DNA of 64,000 nucleotides, from positions 1,024,001 to 1,088,000 of the forward strand of contig JAHPZA010000006.1 in assembly GCA_019058445.1 (NCBI GenBank). Direction: 5' to 3'. Position 1 is the first letter of the stretch; every line of letters begins with the position of its first letter. Below are positions 10,864 to 21,244 of this stretch, one piece after another. The stretch is from Promethearchaeota archaeon (GTDB taxonomy: Archaea; Asgardarchaeota; Lokiarchaeia; Sigyniarchaeales; SOKP01). A model generated the notes under the pieces. That model was not told the DNA's origin, ran no database searches, and worked only from the letters and a program-made list of their open reading frames with translations. The translations under genes and the position numbers were made by a program.

Positions 10864-11720
10864 TAATCTATAAAGATGAGGAATACCGTTTATGGGATGC
10901 CCATTCTCACTTTTCCAATTTGGTGGCAAGACCATTGAAATCTTTTCTGAAAGCTTTAGCAATCTATGAGATAATGGATTTAATTTTCGCGAATTGGCAA
11001 AGGTTCAAAAGCATATCTGAGGACAGAACAGAGAAGAACGTGTATCTATATAAGTTAATATTAGATTTTTATCAAATTGATAAGGCAATTCACTTACCCG
11101 TTTTTAAAATGGATAGAAAACTAAGTTATAGAATGAACGAGTTATTTCCCCAAAAACTTTTTGGATTTGGTTATATTAATCCGAGGTCAAAAAAACTTGA
11201 TCAGGACCTTCAAGATCTTGTTGATCATAAGGTATATGGCATTAAAATACACCCAGATATTATGAAATTTACTTTTAAGACAGCTCAAGAAGAACTTATA
11301 AAAATTCTTCGATTTTGTGGCGAAAATAAAATTATCGTATTATCTCATACAGGGAGTCATTCAACACTTAAGAACTTAACACCCATTTTAAAGAAAAGTG
11401 AAGAATCGGTTTTTATTATAGGGCATTCAGGATTATGTCCTCAAGTTTCAGATGCTCTTCAAGTGGCAAAGGAGTGTCCTAATTCGTATTTAGAAATGTC
11501 GGGTAATCCATATACTTACAAATTCATAGAAGCCATAAAAGATCCTGACATCGGTGTGGAAAGAATATTGTTTGGCACAGATATTCCTAGCTTACATCCT
11601 AGGGTTGAAATTCAGAAAGTCTTAGCACTTCCAATCTCAACAGAAGAAAAACGACTTATATTCTCCTACAATCTAGAAAGAGTAATGAGAGATTTCTTAA
11701 AGGATAAGTTTAAAATATAA
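10860..11720 (+). CDS. Amidohydrolase_2 family metallohydrolase
   Basis: DAHSH, GIKIHP, SHTG, GHSG, RILFGTDIP motifs; overlaps the upstream paralog by 4 nt. Confidence 0.88.
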   Translation: MIIYKDEEYRLWDAHSHFSNLVARPLKSFLKALAIYEIMDLIFANWQRFKSISEDRTEKNVYLYKLILDFYQIDKAIHLPVFKMDRKLSYRMNELFPQKLFGFGYINPRSKKLDQDLQDLVDHKVYGIKIHPDIMKFTFKTAQEELIKILRFCGENKIIVLSHTGSHSTLKNLTPILKKSEESVFIIGHSGLCPQVSDALQVAKECPNSYLEMSGNPYTYKFIEAIKDPDIGVERILFGTDIPSLHPRVEIQKVLALPISTEEKRLIFSYNLERVMRDFLKDKFKI

Positions 11721-11753
11721 CAACTAACAAAAAATAAAAAAAAGGATAAAAAT

Positions 11754-13148
11754 TTATAGCCCTAATTCGGCTAATTTTTCTTTATTTATTCTTACTTTTT
11801 CGTTGTTGAGGTCATATAATTTCCAAAAGGTCAAAGTTGATATGAGAATGAAGATCATTGGAAATAAGGCAAGATGCATTTGTATTCCCCAAATGGCCTC
11901 GGCAGATTGCACTTCCACATTCTCATTAAATCCTGTGAGAGTATGCACAATTGCAAAGGTTAATGCTTGCGCAACTATAGAAAAACGGCCAAAAAAGGCT
12001 CTCACTCCATAGGTTATGCCTTCAGATCGTTTCCCAGTTCGTATGACTTGCTCATCAATGACATCCCCTAATACCGGATCCAGCAATATCCAAAAGCCTC
12101 CGAGACCAAAACCCCATATAAGGATTGCAAATACAAACAAATAATAATCCGTAATAAAAATGAGGGGTGCAGTAACTACGGTCATTATGGCCCCTGCAAG
12201 AATAATCGATTTTCGGTTATCATTAATTTTGTGTCCAATAACTATCCATACTGGGAAAGAGATTAGTGAACCGACAAGAAAGCCTACCATTACTAATGTT
12301 ATGGCTTCAGCTTCCATTCTAAAAATATAACGCACTAAATAGGGAATAGAAGCAATCATGCAGGCCGTCATGGATTGATATAATACAAAGGCAATGAAAT
12401 AGGCTACAAAATTCTTTTGTTTGATCTGTGTTATCATCGTCTTGAAAAAGGGGTCCCTCTCTGGTTCCTCTAACGTTTTTGCAAGGTAAAGATCAACGTA
12501 GACTTGATCATCTCGAACGCCAGGGATTGCTAAAGATAATGCAATTAATCCTATTATTATGACAACAATAGCTTGTATGAAGTAGGAATTTACATCGCCA
12601 AATGTTATAAATAAAGGTGGTATAACAGCTCCTAATACAATGCCAAAAACAGAGATCATGATTCCTAGTCCTGCAGCAGTTCTGCGTTCCTTAACTGAAC
12701 GAAACTTATCTGGAAACAGTGCGTAGAAATTGACCATATAAATGGATTGGAAAGTATCATACAAACATGTTGCGAGTAGTATCCACAAAAATATCAACAA
12801 CGCTCCTTTTACTGGATCTTGATTTGGGGGAGTATATAAGAGAATATAACAAATAATCCATGGAATCCCTCCAAAAAGAATAAATGGAAAGCGTCGACCC
12901 CATTTCTTAGTAAACTTAAATGGTCTATCTGTGAGGTAGCCAATAATGGGATCATTAATCGCATTATATATGGCAAAAATTATGAATCCAAGTCCAATTA
13001 ACCATACATTCAATTTAATTTCAGTTTCGTAAAAAAAGAACACGTACGCTCCAAACGCCATAGTCAAAAACTCATCATTAAACCGTCCAAACCCGTTCGA
13101 AAAATAGACGAGTTTAGAGTGTTTTACTTCAGTTTCGGATTTATTCAT
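11754..13148 (-). CDS. GPH family (MelB-like) MFS sugar:cation symporter
   Basis: NAINDPIIGYLTDR..KWGRRFPF and DVIDE...GKRSEG motifs; about 12 TM helices. Confidence 0.9.
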   Translation of the reverse strand: MNKSETEVKHSKLVYFSNGFGRFNDEFLTMAFGAYVFFFYETEIKLNVWLIGLGFIIFAIYNAINDPIIGYLTDRPFKFTKKWGRRFPFILFGGIPWIICYILLYTPPNQDPVKGALLIFLWILLATCLYDTFQSIYMVNFYALFPDKFRSVKERRTAAGLGIMISVFGIVLGAVIPPLFITFGDVNSYFIQAIVVIIIGLIALSLAIPGVRDDQVYVDLYLAKTLEEPERDPFFKTMITQIKQKNFVAYFIAFVLYQSMTACMIASIPYLVRYIFRMEAEAITLVMVGFLVGSLISFPVWIVIGHKINDNRKSIILAGAIMTVVTAPLIFITDYYLFVFAILIWGFGLGGFWILLDPVLGDVIDEQVIRTGKRSEGITYGVRAFFGRFSIVAQALTFAIVHTLTGFNENVEVQSAEAIWGIQMHLALFPMIFILISTLTFWKLYDLNNEKVRINKEKLAELGL

Positions 13149-13449
13149 TTTTAAGACCGTGTTATTTTAGTTTTGACTAAAATTTGTAGTAATTTAATTT
13201 TAATATTGAATATTCTAACTTATATAATTTATTTAAAATTCATGTTGAAACATCATATTTTATGAAGAGAGATGGTAATATAGACTCAAAATGGATCAAG
13301 AATATTTAAATGAATAATTCATAGGAATAAGCTCTTATAGAAATACTTAAAAAAATTAAAAATCAAATTTTTTTCATTATTTTTGAACTTTATTCGAGTA
13401 ATAAGCTATTAATCAAATTTATATAGTTTTTATTCACATAATTATATAT

Positions 13450-13908
13450 ATGGTTCAATTAGATGACAAAGATAGAGAAATTCTTACCATTCTACAAGAA
13501 AACTATAGAATTTCTTACAAAGATTTAGGTCGAAAGGTGAATATGGCAGCCAGTTCAGTGCATAACAGGGTTCAAAACATGATCAAATCAGGAGTAATAA
13601 AAGAGTTTGATACAATTATTGATCCCTTTAAAGTTGGTTTCGACACCATTGCTATCATAGGCCTTTCTGTGGATCCTTTAAAATTGAATGAAATTGCCGA
13701 AAAAATTGCCACTTATGATGAAGTTCAATTAGTCGCTACAACTACGGGAGATCATGATATTATAGTAAGAGTGATTGAAAAAAACGAGAAGGATCTGTGG
13801 CGATTTATAAATAATAATATCAAAACCATAGAAGGAGTAAGATCCCAAATGGATGCATCAAGCTATATAGACGTTTTTAAAATGACCCATAAGATAAGTC
13901 TAAAGTAG
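13450..13908 (+). CDS. Lrp/AsnC family transcriptional regulator
   Basis: LDDKDREILTILQEN..ISYKDLG HTH; TTGDHDII RAM domain. Confidence 0.93.
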   Translation: MVQLDDKDREILTILQENYRISYKDLGRKVNMAASSVHNRVQNMIKSGVIKEFDTIIDPFKVGFDTIAIIGLSVDPLKLNEIAEKIATYDEVQLVATTTGDHDIIVRVIEKNEKDLWRFINNNIKTIEGVRSQMDASSYIDVFKMTHKISLK

Positions 13909-13989
13909 GATAAGTTATGAAATTTTAATTTAAATCAATTTTTATAGGGAGAATAATAGTTTTAAAAAAAAGTTCGGAGGGAGTGATGA

Positions 13990-14739
13990 ATTATTCTTTA
14001 TTGGATTATTTTTTTTAGTATTTTAGGGAGTATTGGGGCAATATTAGCAGCAGTAGCTTTCATTGAACTAGGGGAGTTTGTTCAAAAATCACTTGTTTCA
14101 ATTTTGGTTGCCTATGCAACGGGAACTTTACTAGCAGCAGCTACACTCGGAATGCTCCCTACAGCAATAACAAGAGCTAAGGATGGGCTACAAATAGTAA
14201 TGATATTTTTCTTAGGAGGTATTTTGTTTTTCTTCATCTTGGAGAAATTAGTTATATGGCGTCACTGTCATGATATTGAATGTGAGGTTACCCATTCTGC
14301 TGCTGGACCTATAATTCTTATTGGAGATGCATTCCATAATCTTATTGATGGCGTTGTAATTGCCGCAGCCTTTCTTGTTAATTTTCATATTGGTATTGCT
14401 GTAAGTTTATCTGTAATTGCTCATGAGATTCCCCAAGAAATAGGCGATCTTGCTGTCCTTATCGATAAAGGTTATTCGAAAAAGAAAGCCTTTTTCTATA
14501 ACTCCTTATCTGGTTCAACAACGATCCCGGCAGCCATTCTTGGTTATTTTATTTTAGATATTATCTCTGAAGCTATACCTTTTGTGTTGGCAATTTCTGC
14601 TGCAAGTTTTATTTATATTGCTTTATCAGATTTAACTCCAGAACTTCATCAGAAAGTAGGATTGAAATATAGCTTAAGACAATTATTTTTAATTTTAGCT
14701 GGAATTGGAACTATGCTATTTATATTTTCATTAAAATAA
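13990..14739 (+). CDS. ZIP family zinc/divalent metal transporter; true start probably a non-AUG codon at 13990 or 13993
   Basis: GDAFHNLIDG and AHEIPQEIGD ZIP motifs; the frame extends upstream of the called 14104 start through TM1 (ILYWIIFFSILGSIGA) to in-frame TGA TGA at 13984-13989. Confidence 0.9.
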   Translation: MILYWIIFFSILGSIGAILAAVAFIELGEFVQKSLVSILVAYATGTLLAAATLGMLPTAITRAKDGLQIVMIFFLGGILFFFILEKLVIWRHCHDIECEVTHSAAGPIILIGDAFHNLIDGVVIAAAFLVNFHIGIAVSLSVIAHEIPQEIGDLAVLIDKGYSKKKAFFYNSLSGSTTIPAAILGYFILDIISEAIPFVLAISAASFIYIALSDLTPELHQKVGLKYSLRQLFLILAGIGTMLFIFSLK

Positions 14740-14897
14740 CAAGTATATTACCTTCAATTTTTTTTACTATATATATTCTAAATATGAGTTCTAGTAAAAT
14801 TGGGAGTATGAATATTATTCTTAGATGAAGTGTTGTCTCGAATATTCATCAGATATAATAATTAATCCTAGAATGATATTCGACAGATTTATATGCG

Positions 14898-14917
14898 ATT
14901 ATTCATATATGAATAAT
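14898..14917. promoter_or_regulatory. Perfect 20-bp palindrome, candidate transcription-factor operator
   Basis: ATTATTCATATATGAATAAT is its own reverse complement; intergenic, upstream of the NifU-like gene. Confidence 0.4.
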
Positions 14918-15154
14918 GGAAATTACCCATTTATTGTTAATATTGAAGAATAGTTAAATTGAATCCTGTTCGATAGAATGAATAGCTATCATAAGGAAAT
15001 AAATATGGAAGAATTTTCGGAAAAAATTCTTGAAAAAAATGAAAATTTAGATTCTAATAATTGCCAAAGGGTGCAAAATTTTGGCAATAGACTTCGAAAT
15101 TATTTTTATGGGTAAACTTCCTTCTGAACCAAAGATAGGTCAACAGGGTGCAAA

Positions 15155-15592
15155 ATGGTCAAGAATCAATTTAATAAATTTGTAGATAACCTTCAAAAAG
15201 AAGTTATAGAAAAAGAAATTGAAGATTATAATGAATATATTGTGCAATTATTTCATAATCCAAAGAACTGGGGGAGGCTACCTGAGAATGAAATCTCTAT
15301 TTCGCAATCTTATACAGGGCCCTGTAGAGATACAATGTGGTTTTTCTTGAATATTAACGATGGAGTAATTGAAAAAGCAAATTTCATTACTGACGGCTGT
15401 GGGGCTTCGGTCGCAACAGCCAGCCAAACTACATTACTAATTGAGGGTAAATCCTTGGAATTTGCAGAAAAACTAAAATCTAAAGATATAGACGAAGCTC
15501 TAAAAGGATTACCAGAAGATCATAAACATTGTGCAGAATTGGCAGTAAGAACTTTAAAGCGCGCAATTAAGAAATATAAAGATAAGATATAA
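15155..15592 (+). CDS. NifU/IscU-like Fe-S scaffold protein
   Basis: HNPKNWG, GPCRD, TDGCGASVA, HKHCAELA: three conserved Cys. Confidence 0.92.
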   Translation: MVKNQFNKFVDNLQKEVIEKEIEDYNEYIVQLFHNPKNWGRLPENEISISQSYTGPCRDTMWFFLNINDGVIEKANFITDGCGASVATASQTTLLIEGKSLEFAEKLKSKDIDEALKGLPEDHKHCAELAVRTLKRAIKKYKDKI

Positions 15593-15723
15593 TACTTAAG
15601 TTATAAAAAGATGAAAAATCAATGCCAATGAGCTGTTGTCATTATAGTTATTACCCAATCATAATAAAAAGTGATAATAAAAAGAACATTAATCAAAAAA
15701 ATAAGAAGAGGTCATAGTTAAAG

Positions 15724-15960
15724 ATGAAGTTCTGTCCAGATTGTGAGAATATTTTACTACCTAAAGGTGATAAGCTCTACTGTAAAATTTGTGATTTATA
15801 TTTTAAGTTAGATTTTATTGATAAAGATGATTATGTCTTGGAAAAAATAATATGCCATAATGAAAAAGAATTTACTCCTCTTATAACTAAAGCCCCGTTA
15901 GAAGAAGACCGGATTACTGATGAAGATAGAAAGGCTCATGAAGATTATTTTACTTCCTGA
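15724..15960 (+). CDS. TFS/Rpb9-like (RNA polymerase M/15 kDa) N-terminal zinc-ribbon protein lacking the TFIIS C-ribbon
   Basis: MKFCPDCENILLPK...LYCKIC start; no second zinc ribbon or RSADE motif. Confidence 0.7.
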   Translation: MKFCPDCENILLPKGDKLYCKICDLYFKLDFIDKDDYVLEKIICHNEKEFTPLITKAPLEEDRITDEDRKAHEDYFTS

Positions 15961-16308
15961 AAATGGTTAAGCATATAAAATTTAATAAATATTGTCAGAG
16001 TTCAGAATTATTTGAGTAATAAGAGTTTATATTATTATGGAATCAATGGTTCTAAGAAGGGCAAAATTATTGTTGACCTATCTTCTAAATGATGAAAGTG
16101 GTGCGAATTACTCTATATAATCTTAGAGAAATTTCGAGATGATGGTGTAATAGACTTAAAACAAATTAATTTCGATGAAAATTGCAAACTAGCTAAGGAT
16201 GAATGTATTTTAAAATGAACTAAAAGAAATAAGAACACCAAAAATCCAACAATAAACGATGTTTTGATTATTAACCATTGTCTTTTTGATTTTTATTAAT
16301 ACTTGGAA

Positions 16309-16488
16309 CTACTTTCTGACTATTTTTGTTCCACATTTTGGACAAGTCTGTTGATAACACGGCATTCCGATTTGATGTTTAACTTCCTTACCACAATTTG
16401 GACAGACACATAATCCATCGGGTCCTGCAGCTTTAGAACCCCCCATTCTTCCTCTTCCTCCACCACTTCTTCTACCTCGACCACTCAA
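16309..16488 (-). CDS. Small Gly/Arg-rich double CPxCG zinc-finger protein (59 aa, not in ORF track)
   Basis: SD GGAGGT then TTG; MSGRGRRSGGGRGRMGGSKAAGPDGLCVCPNCGKEVKHQIGMPCYQQTCPKCGTKIVRK*. Confidence 0.85.
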   Translation of the reverse strand: MSGRGRRSGGGRGRMGGSKAAGPDGLCVCPNCGKEVKHQIGMPCYQQTCPKCGTKIVRK

Positions 16489-16698
16489 AACTTAATACCT
16501 CCAATCATGATTTTTTTTTATTTAATATATATTTATTACATAGTCTCTTTCCTGATTTCGTTTATCTTATCAGACCTATCAGGTAAGTTGATATCTTATT
16601 CTTAATTTGTGTATTCTACAAGTAATTCGCGAATGCTGATGGTATAAAATTTTCCCTTTTAATACAGTATTTTTTAGCAAATAATCAGATAAAATCAA

Positions 16699-17283
16699 TT
16701 ACAGAATGATCCAATCTTGATTATTCATTTTTTGTGTCTGACTTAGACTAATAATTTGTTTACTAAGTCTTTGAACATTTTTCAAGGCTTCTTCATCCTT
16801 TGAAACATCATTTTCATGGAAACCAAATCCGAGGACTCCTGCTAATTTATTCATTTTTAGTCTTGATAAATATCCTTCCATCTCGTTTAGTCCAGAGCCA
16901 ATATCACGTCGCCCAACAATAATATAACTTCCTATTTTATCTTTTAGTTGCCCTTTTCTTAAATGCCAAGTTCTTTCCATAAAAGCTCTCATTAATGAAG
17001 TTACACCCCCCATAAAGATAGGACTCGATAAAATAATCACCTGGGCCTCCCTAAGCTTATCATAGAGAATTTGCATGTCGTCTTTAATGGAACAGGCATC
17101 GTTATCCATACAATAATAACATTCTTTGCAAGAGTTTATGGTGTAATCTTTTAAAAAAATTTTCTCTATTTTAAAATTATCTTTTAGCAAATCTAAAAGC
17201 TTATTTGTTAAAAATGCTGTATTTCCGTTTTCTCTCGGTGATCCAATAATTGCAAATACGTTATTCTTTTCCATATTACTCAT
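16699..17283 (-). CDS. Iron-sulfur flavoprotein / NADPH-dependent FMN reductase family
   Basis: GSPRENGNT, CKECYYC..C..KDDM, SPIFMGGV motifs. Confidence 0.9.
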   Translation of the reverse strand: MSNMEKNNVFAIIGSPRENGNTAFLTNKLLDLLKDNFKIEKIFLKDYTINSCKECYYCMDNDACSIKDDMQILYDKLREAQVIILSSPIFMGGVTSLMRAFMERTWHLRKGQLKDKIGSYIIVGRRDIGSGLNEMEGYLSRLKMNKLAGVLGFGFHENDVSKDEEALKNVQRLSKQIISLSQTQKMNNQDWIIL

Positions 17284-17434
17284 AGATTTTTTTATTTTAT
17301 TTTGAATAATTATTCACTACTAGATGATCAATTATTAGATATAAATATACTATTTAAGCATTATGAATAATCATCCAGTATATTCGTTTGTATCTTCCTC
17401 ATATTGTTTAGTTGTTATGTCAATCATAATTTAC

Positions 17435-17590
17435 TTAACTTCTAATAATTTCTACGTTTACATACTTCTTCTCTTCAGGAACACCCTTTAGAACATCTAT
17501 AAAACCTAGTATGATATTATTGAGTACATTACTCATTATTTCATTTAATGGGACCTCTTTATCATCAACCAATAACTTTACTTTTTGCAT
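17435..17590 (-). CDS. Small protein resembling the C-terminal domain of archaeal MobB (51 aa, not in ORF track)
   Basis: MQKVKLLVDDKEVPLNEIMSNVLNNIILGFIDVLKGVPEEKKYVNVEIIRS*. Confidence 0.65.
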   Translation of the reverse strand: MQKVKLLVDDKEVPLNEIMSNVLNNIILGFIDVLKGVPEEKKYVNVEIIRS

Positions 17591-18153
17591 TATTATCAAT
17601 TCCTTATTTTTTATTATCTAAGTAGAAATAAATAATGGGAGTAAATAAAAGAGCATTATATTTTTATGACCACTTTTATTTACTCTCTTTCTTTCTATAA
17701 TTTCCTAATGGATCACTAAAACGTTTAGCTCTCCTAGGGGATACTCTAGCGTAATAATTAGTATTGAAAAAAGATTGCAGTTACTCGCTGAATTAGAAGA
17801 AAACGAGTATATAGAAATAAAGAAATGTTGACAGATTAGATATACTCATCTCAAATTCAGAAAAAAAACATTAAAAGAAATCTAATTTCAAGAATTGAAA
17901 TATTTTAAATTTTTTTTTTATGCTTTTTATATTTGCAATTATGAATGAAGCAAGCCAAACGTTAAATTTGTAAATGAACGAAAAAAAATAAGTTCTAAAC
18001 AGTTCATTAAGGTAAGTGATAAAACTATTAGGTCCTTTTATAAAAAATATTTCAATATGTTGGTTTCACATTGTAAAAAAGCGTAATCTTTTTTTTGTAA
18101 TTTGAATTTTTGTTAAATATTCGATAAAATAAAAATTCTATTAATTAATATTT

Positions 18154-19620
18154 ATGCCGAGTAATTTTCTGAAGTTCTTCTCTCCGTTTGTTAGAGTTAT
18201 GCCGGAAATCAAAAATCCGCAGAGAGAAGTATCTTTCAAAGAAAAGTTTGTTTGGACTGCCATTGTACTCGTAATTTATTTGATTATGTCCAATATCCCT
18301 TTATATGGTGTTGAACTCCAAAATTCAACAGATTATTTTTATTGGCTAAGAGTAATTCTGGCAAGCCAGAGAGGAACTTTAACCGAATTGGGAATAGGAC
18401 CAATTGTGACTTCCGGATTAATCATGCAGTTGCTACTTGGTTCCAAAATGATTAATGTTGACATGAGCGACCCCTATGACCGGTCATTGTTCAGTGGAAC
18501 TCAAAAAGTCGTATCAATTTTCCTAACAGCTTTTAACACGATTGCTTATTTGCTTGGGGGAGCATTTGGACCTCCTGAGACTTTAGGGTTAGAAAATATG
18601 GTTCTCATTTTTCTCCAACTAATGTTCGCTGGAGTAATAATTGTCTTACTTGATGAGCTACTCCAAAAAGGATGGGGGCTCGGTAGTGGAGTTTCTTTGT
18701 TTATTGCTGCCGGGGTTGCGGGTCAAATCTTTTGGAACACGTTTAGCTTTATTGAAGCTCCTGATGAGGCTCGCTTGCCAAGAGGTATAATTATTGCCAT
18801 ATTTTATGTACTATTCGATGATGATCCTGACACGAATATACAGGATCTCTGGGTTCGGGGACAATTACCAAGTATATTAGGATTAATTACTACATTCATT
18901 ATTTTTTCATTAGCTGTATGGTTCGAGGCGACACGTGTGGAGATACCGTTACAATATAAAGGTTATAGAGGCTTCAAAGGTAAATATCCAATGAAATTAA
19001 TGTATGTTTCTAATATTCCAGTTATTTTAGTAAACGCTCTATATGCCAACATCCTTTTCTTTGGTCAAATCCTAGCTGGACCTGACTCACAATTGCGAGG
19101 ACAAGGATATGACTTTTGGTTGGATTTAATTGGAACATTTGAATATCAAAGTACCGGAAGTACAGGAGGATATCTTGTCCCATCTTCAGGATTGATTTAC
19201 ATTCTCTCGCCGCCTCAAGGTATAGAAGCCCTTTTGGATGATCCGTTGCGAGCAGTTATATATCTTTTTATATTGATAATACTCTGTATATATCTGGGAA
19301 AAATATGGGTCGAAGTCTCGGGTCTAGCACCTAGAGATATAGCAGATCAAATTATAGACTCAGGAATGCAAGTACCTGGTTTTAGAAGTTCTTCAAAGAT
19401 TATTGAACGTATATTAAAAAGATATATACCTACCCTTACTATTCTTAACGGGATAATAATTGCAATTTTAAGTTTCACAGCCGACAGTTTGGGTGCATTG
19501 ACATCAGGTACCGGACTTCTTATTTCGATAGGAATTACTCATCAGTATGCTGAAACGATTTCGAAAGAGGTTGCCGCTGAGCAATATCCCTCAATGAGAG
19601 GCTTCCTTGGCTTAGATTAA
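18154..19620 (+). CDS. secY: Preprotein translocase SecY/Sec61-alpha
   Basis: GTLTELGIGPIVTSGLIMQLL, KGWGLGSGVSLFIAA, YPMKLMYVSNIPVIL, SGTGLL motifs. Confidence 0.98.
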   Translation: MPSNFLKFFSPFVRVMPEIKNPQREVSFKEKFVWTAIVLVIYLIMSNIPLYGVELQNSTDYFYWLRVILASQRGTLTELGIGPIVTSGLIMQLLLGSKMINVDMSDPYDRSLFSGTQKVVSIFLTAFNTIAYLLGGAFGPPETLGLENMVLIFLQLMFAGVIIVLLDELLQKGWGLGSGVSLFIAAGVAGQIFWNTFSFIEAPDEARLPRGIIIAIFYVLFDDDPDTNIQDLWVRGQLPSILGLITTFIIFSLAVWFEATRVEIPLQYKGYRGFKGKYPMKLMYVSNIPVILVNALYANILFFGQILAGPDSQLRGQGYDFWLDLIGTFEYQSTGSTGGYLVPSSGLIYILSPPQGIEALLDDPLRAVIYLFILIILCIYLGKIWVEVSGLAPRDIADQIIDSGMQVPGFRSSSKIIERILKRYIPTLTILNGIIIAILSFTADSLGALTSGTGLLISIGITHQYAETISKEVAAEQYPSMRGFLGLD

Positions 19621-19712
19621 GGATTCGAACGTCCTAATATAAGTTTTAAATTTTTCTTTTATTTAATTGTAAATTATAATCGATCAAGATTTAGATATTA
19701 ATTCAATCAGAA

Positions 19713-20260
19713 TTAACATACATAAAAAATCAATTTGGCGAAAAAATAATATATTGGTTTAAAAAAGTAATTTTCCTTAAACATTAAATTCGTAATCAAG
19801 AATTTTTCTTGAGTTGCTTCATAATCTAAACTAATGATGCCCGAATATTTATCATACATGAATTCATCAGTGTTGAAGATAGTAAATTCTCTCTGCTCTA
19901 TATTATGCACCATAGTCTGTGAGGCAACTCCATACATGGAACCAAAAATAGGGATACCTTGTAAATATGCATATTCATCATCGGTCTGGAACTCCTCTCC
20001 TAAATCTTTGCAAGAAATCAGGTATGCTTTTATTACGGGGATGTCATATGAATGGAATGGGTGCTATATTTAGGCAATAACGGAATGTCTGAACCCTCAT
20101 CAGCCCAGATTTTAAAAATGGTATGATATTCATCCTTTAACCTGCTCTAATAGGCTTCTTCGGACACGATAATCGGGTAATCCTCATAAAATTCGGGAAT
20201 CGGGGTGTGTATATCAGAACTGGTGAACGTGAGGATCGGATAATATATTACTTTTCCAAA
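19713..20260 (-). pseudogene. Degraded fragment of an unrelated gene between secY and DUF106
   Basis: Minus-strand protein-like reading FGKVIYYPILTF...VSEEAY*SRLKDEY...[frameshift]...YDIPVIKAYL...GIPIFGSMYGVASQT..., with an internal TAG, one frameshift and no start. Confidence 0.5.
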
Positions 20261-20457
20261 CTATTAAAAAAAAAGAGATAAAAATAGATCCAAGATTATC
20301 CATTTTCTGCCTTAGTCTTAAAATCAATTTTTAACCGTAAATAATCTGAAGTCTATTTACTCGATTTTATAAAGTCAATACTTTTAAAAAAGTGTAAAAA
20401 ATTTATTAAGCAAAAGTTAATATAATAACACATAAAGTTGTTTAAATTCATAAATAG

Positions 20458-21102
20458 TTGAAGGTTAATAAAATGGGTTTGTTAGTGGTCTTTCAAGATT
20501 CGGGTTGGATGAATACTCCTCCAGGTTCAATGTGGTTTATCTTATTATTATCTTTAATTATTTCTATTGTAAGTGTTATCCTTACGAAGTTATTAATTGA
20601 TACAAAAGAAATGGATAGAAAGCAAAAGCAGATAAAAGCTCATAATGAAGAGAAGAAAAAAATCATAGAACTCGCAAAGATAGATGTAGACAGATACCGT
20701 AAAGCTCGGAAAAAATGGGAAAGAAGAGATGTCATGTTGAAAAAAACCCAACAGGGGATGGCAATGGACAGAATGAAACCTACATTAATTACGTTTTTGC
20801 CCATGATCATAATTTTTGCAGTTCTGAGAGGAATTTATACGAATGCCCCTGTGGCTGCCACACCGATGAATCCTTTATTTTACGGTCTTTTACAATGGCC
20901 AATTGGTATGGGAATAGCAGATGAAAGTTTATGGATTGGCGACGCAGCTTGGCTTAATTTTACTGCATGGTATTTTATTTGTTCATTAGGTATTAATACG
21001 CTACTTCAGAGAATATTAGGATTACAAACTCAAGCCTCAGGTGGAATGGAACAAATGTTTACAGGACAACAAACTGCAACATCGGAGTTTCCAGATGTTT
21101 AA
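20458..21102 (+). CDS. DUF106 / EMC3-TMCO1 (Oxa1 superfamily) membrane insertase
   Basis: TM1, basic coiled coil, MKPTLITFLPMIIIF, and NFTAWYFICS..LQRILG motif; near secY; start may be ATG 20473. Confidence 0.9.
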   Translation: MKVNKMGLLVVFQDSGWMNTPPGSMWFILLLSLIISIVSVILTKLLIDTKEMDRKQKQIKAHNEEKKKIIELAKIDVDRYRKARKKWERRDVMLKKTQQGMAMDRMKPTLITFLPMIIIFAVLRGIYTNAPVAATPMNPLFYGLLQWPIGMGIADESLWIGDAAWLNFTAWYFICSLGINTLLQRILGLQTQASGGMEQMFTGQQTATSEFPDV

Positions 21103-21244
21103 TCGTCGGCAACTGCTGAATAAAATAACCTAATCAATTTTTTCTACATTATTTATTTTATATACAATAATTTTTTATGTTCAATTTTTTTTTAGATCAC
21201 CAGCATTATTGAAGAGTACCTCTTTTAAGAAACGGTGGATATAA

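Noticed and set aside
15005-15156. Short ORF (MEEFSEK...) and a 12-bp direct repeat AGGGTGCAAAAT upstream of nifU
   Set aside because: Only two copies, no terminal inverted repeats or transposase, and no recognisable protein motif
15958-15980. TGA stop of the TFS-like gene as a possible Sec codon
   Set aside because: Read-through adds only KWLSI, the TGA is not at a Cys-equivalent site, and no SECIS-like hairpin is evident
17701-17830. Short reading KRLALLGDTL resembling an RNase III signature
   Set aside because: Flanked by stops within a few codons and no other motif present; cannot be distinguished from chance
19834-20073. Plus-strand 79-aa ORF in the ORF track
   Set aside because: Antisense shadow of the minus-strand gene relic; no protein-like motif
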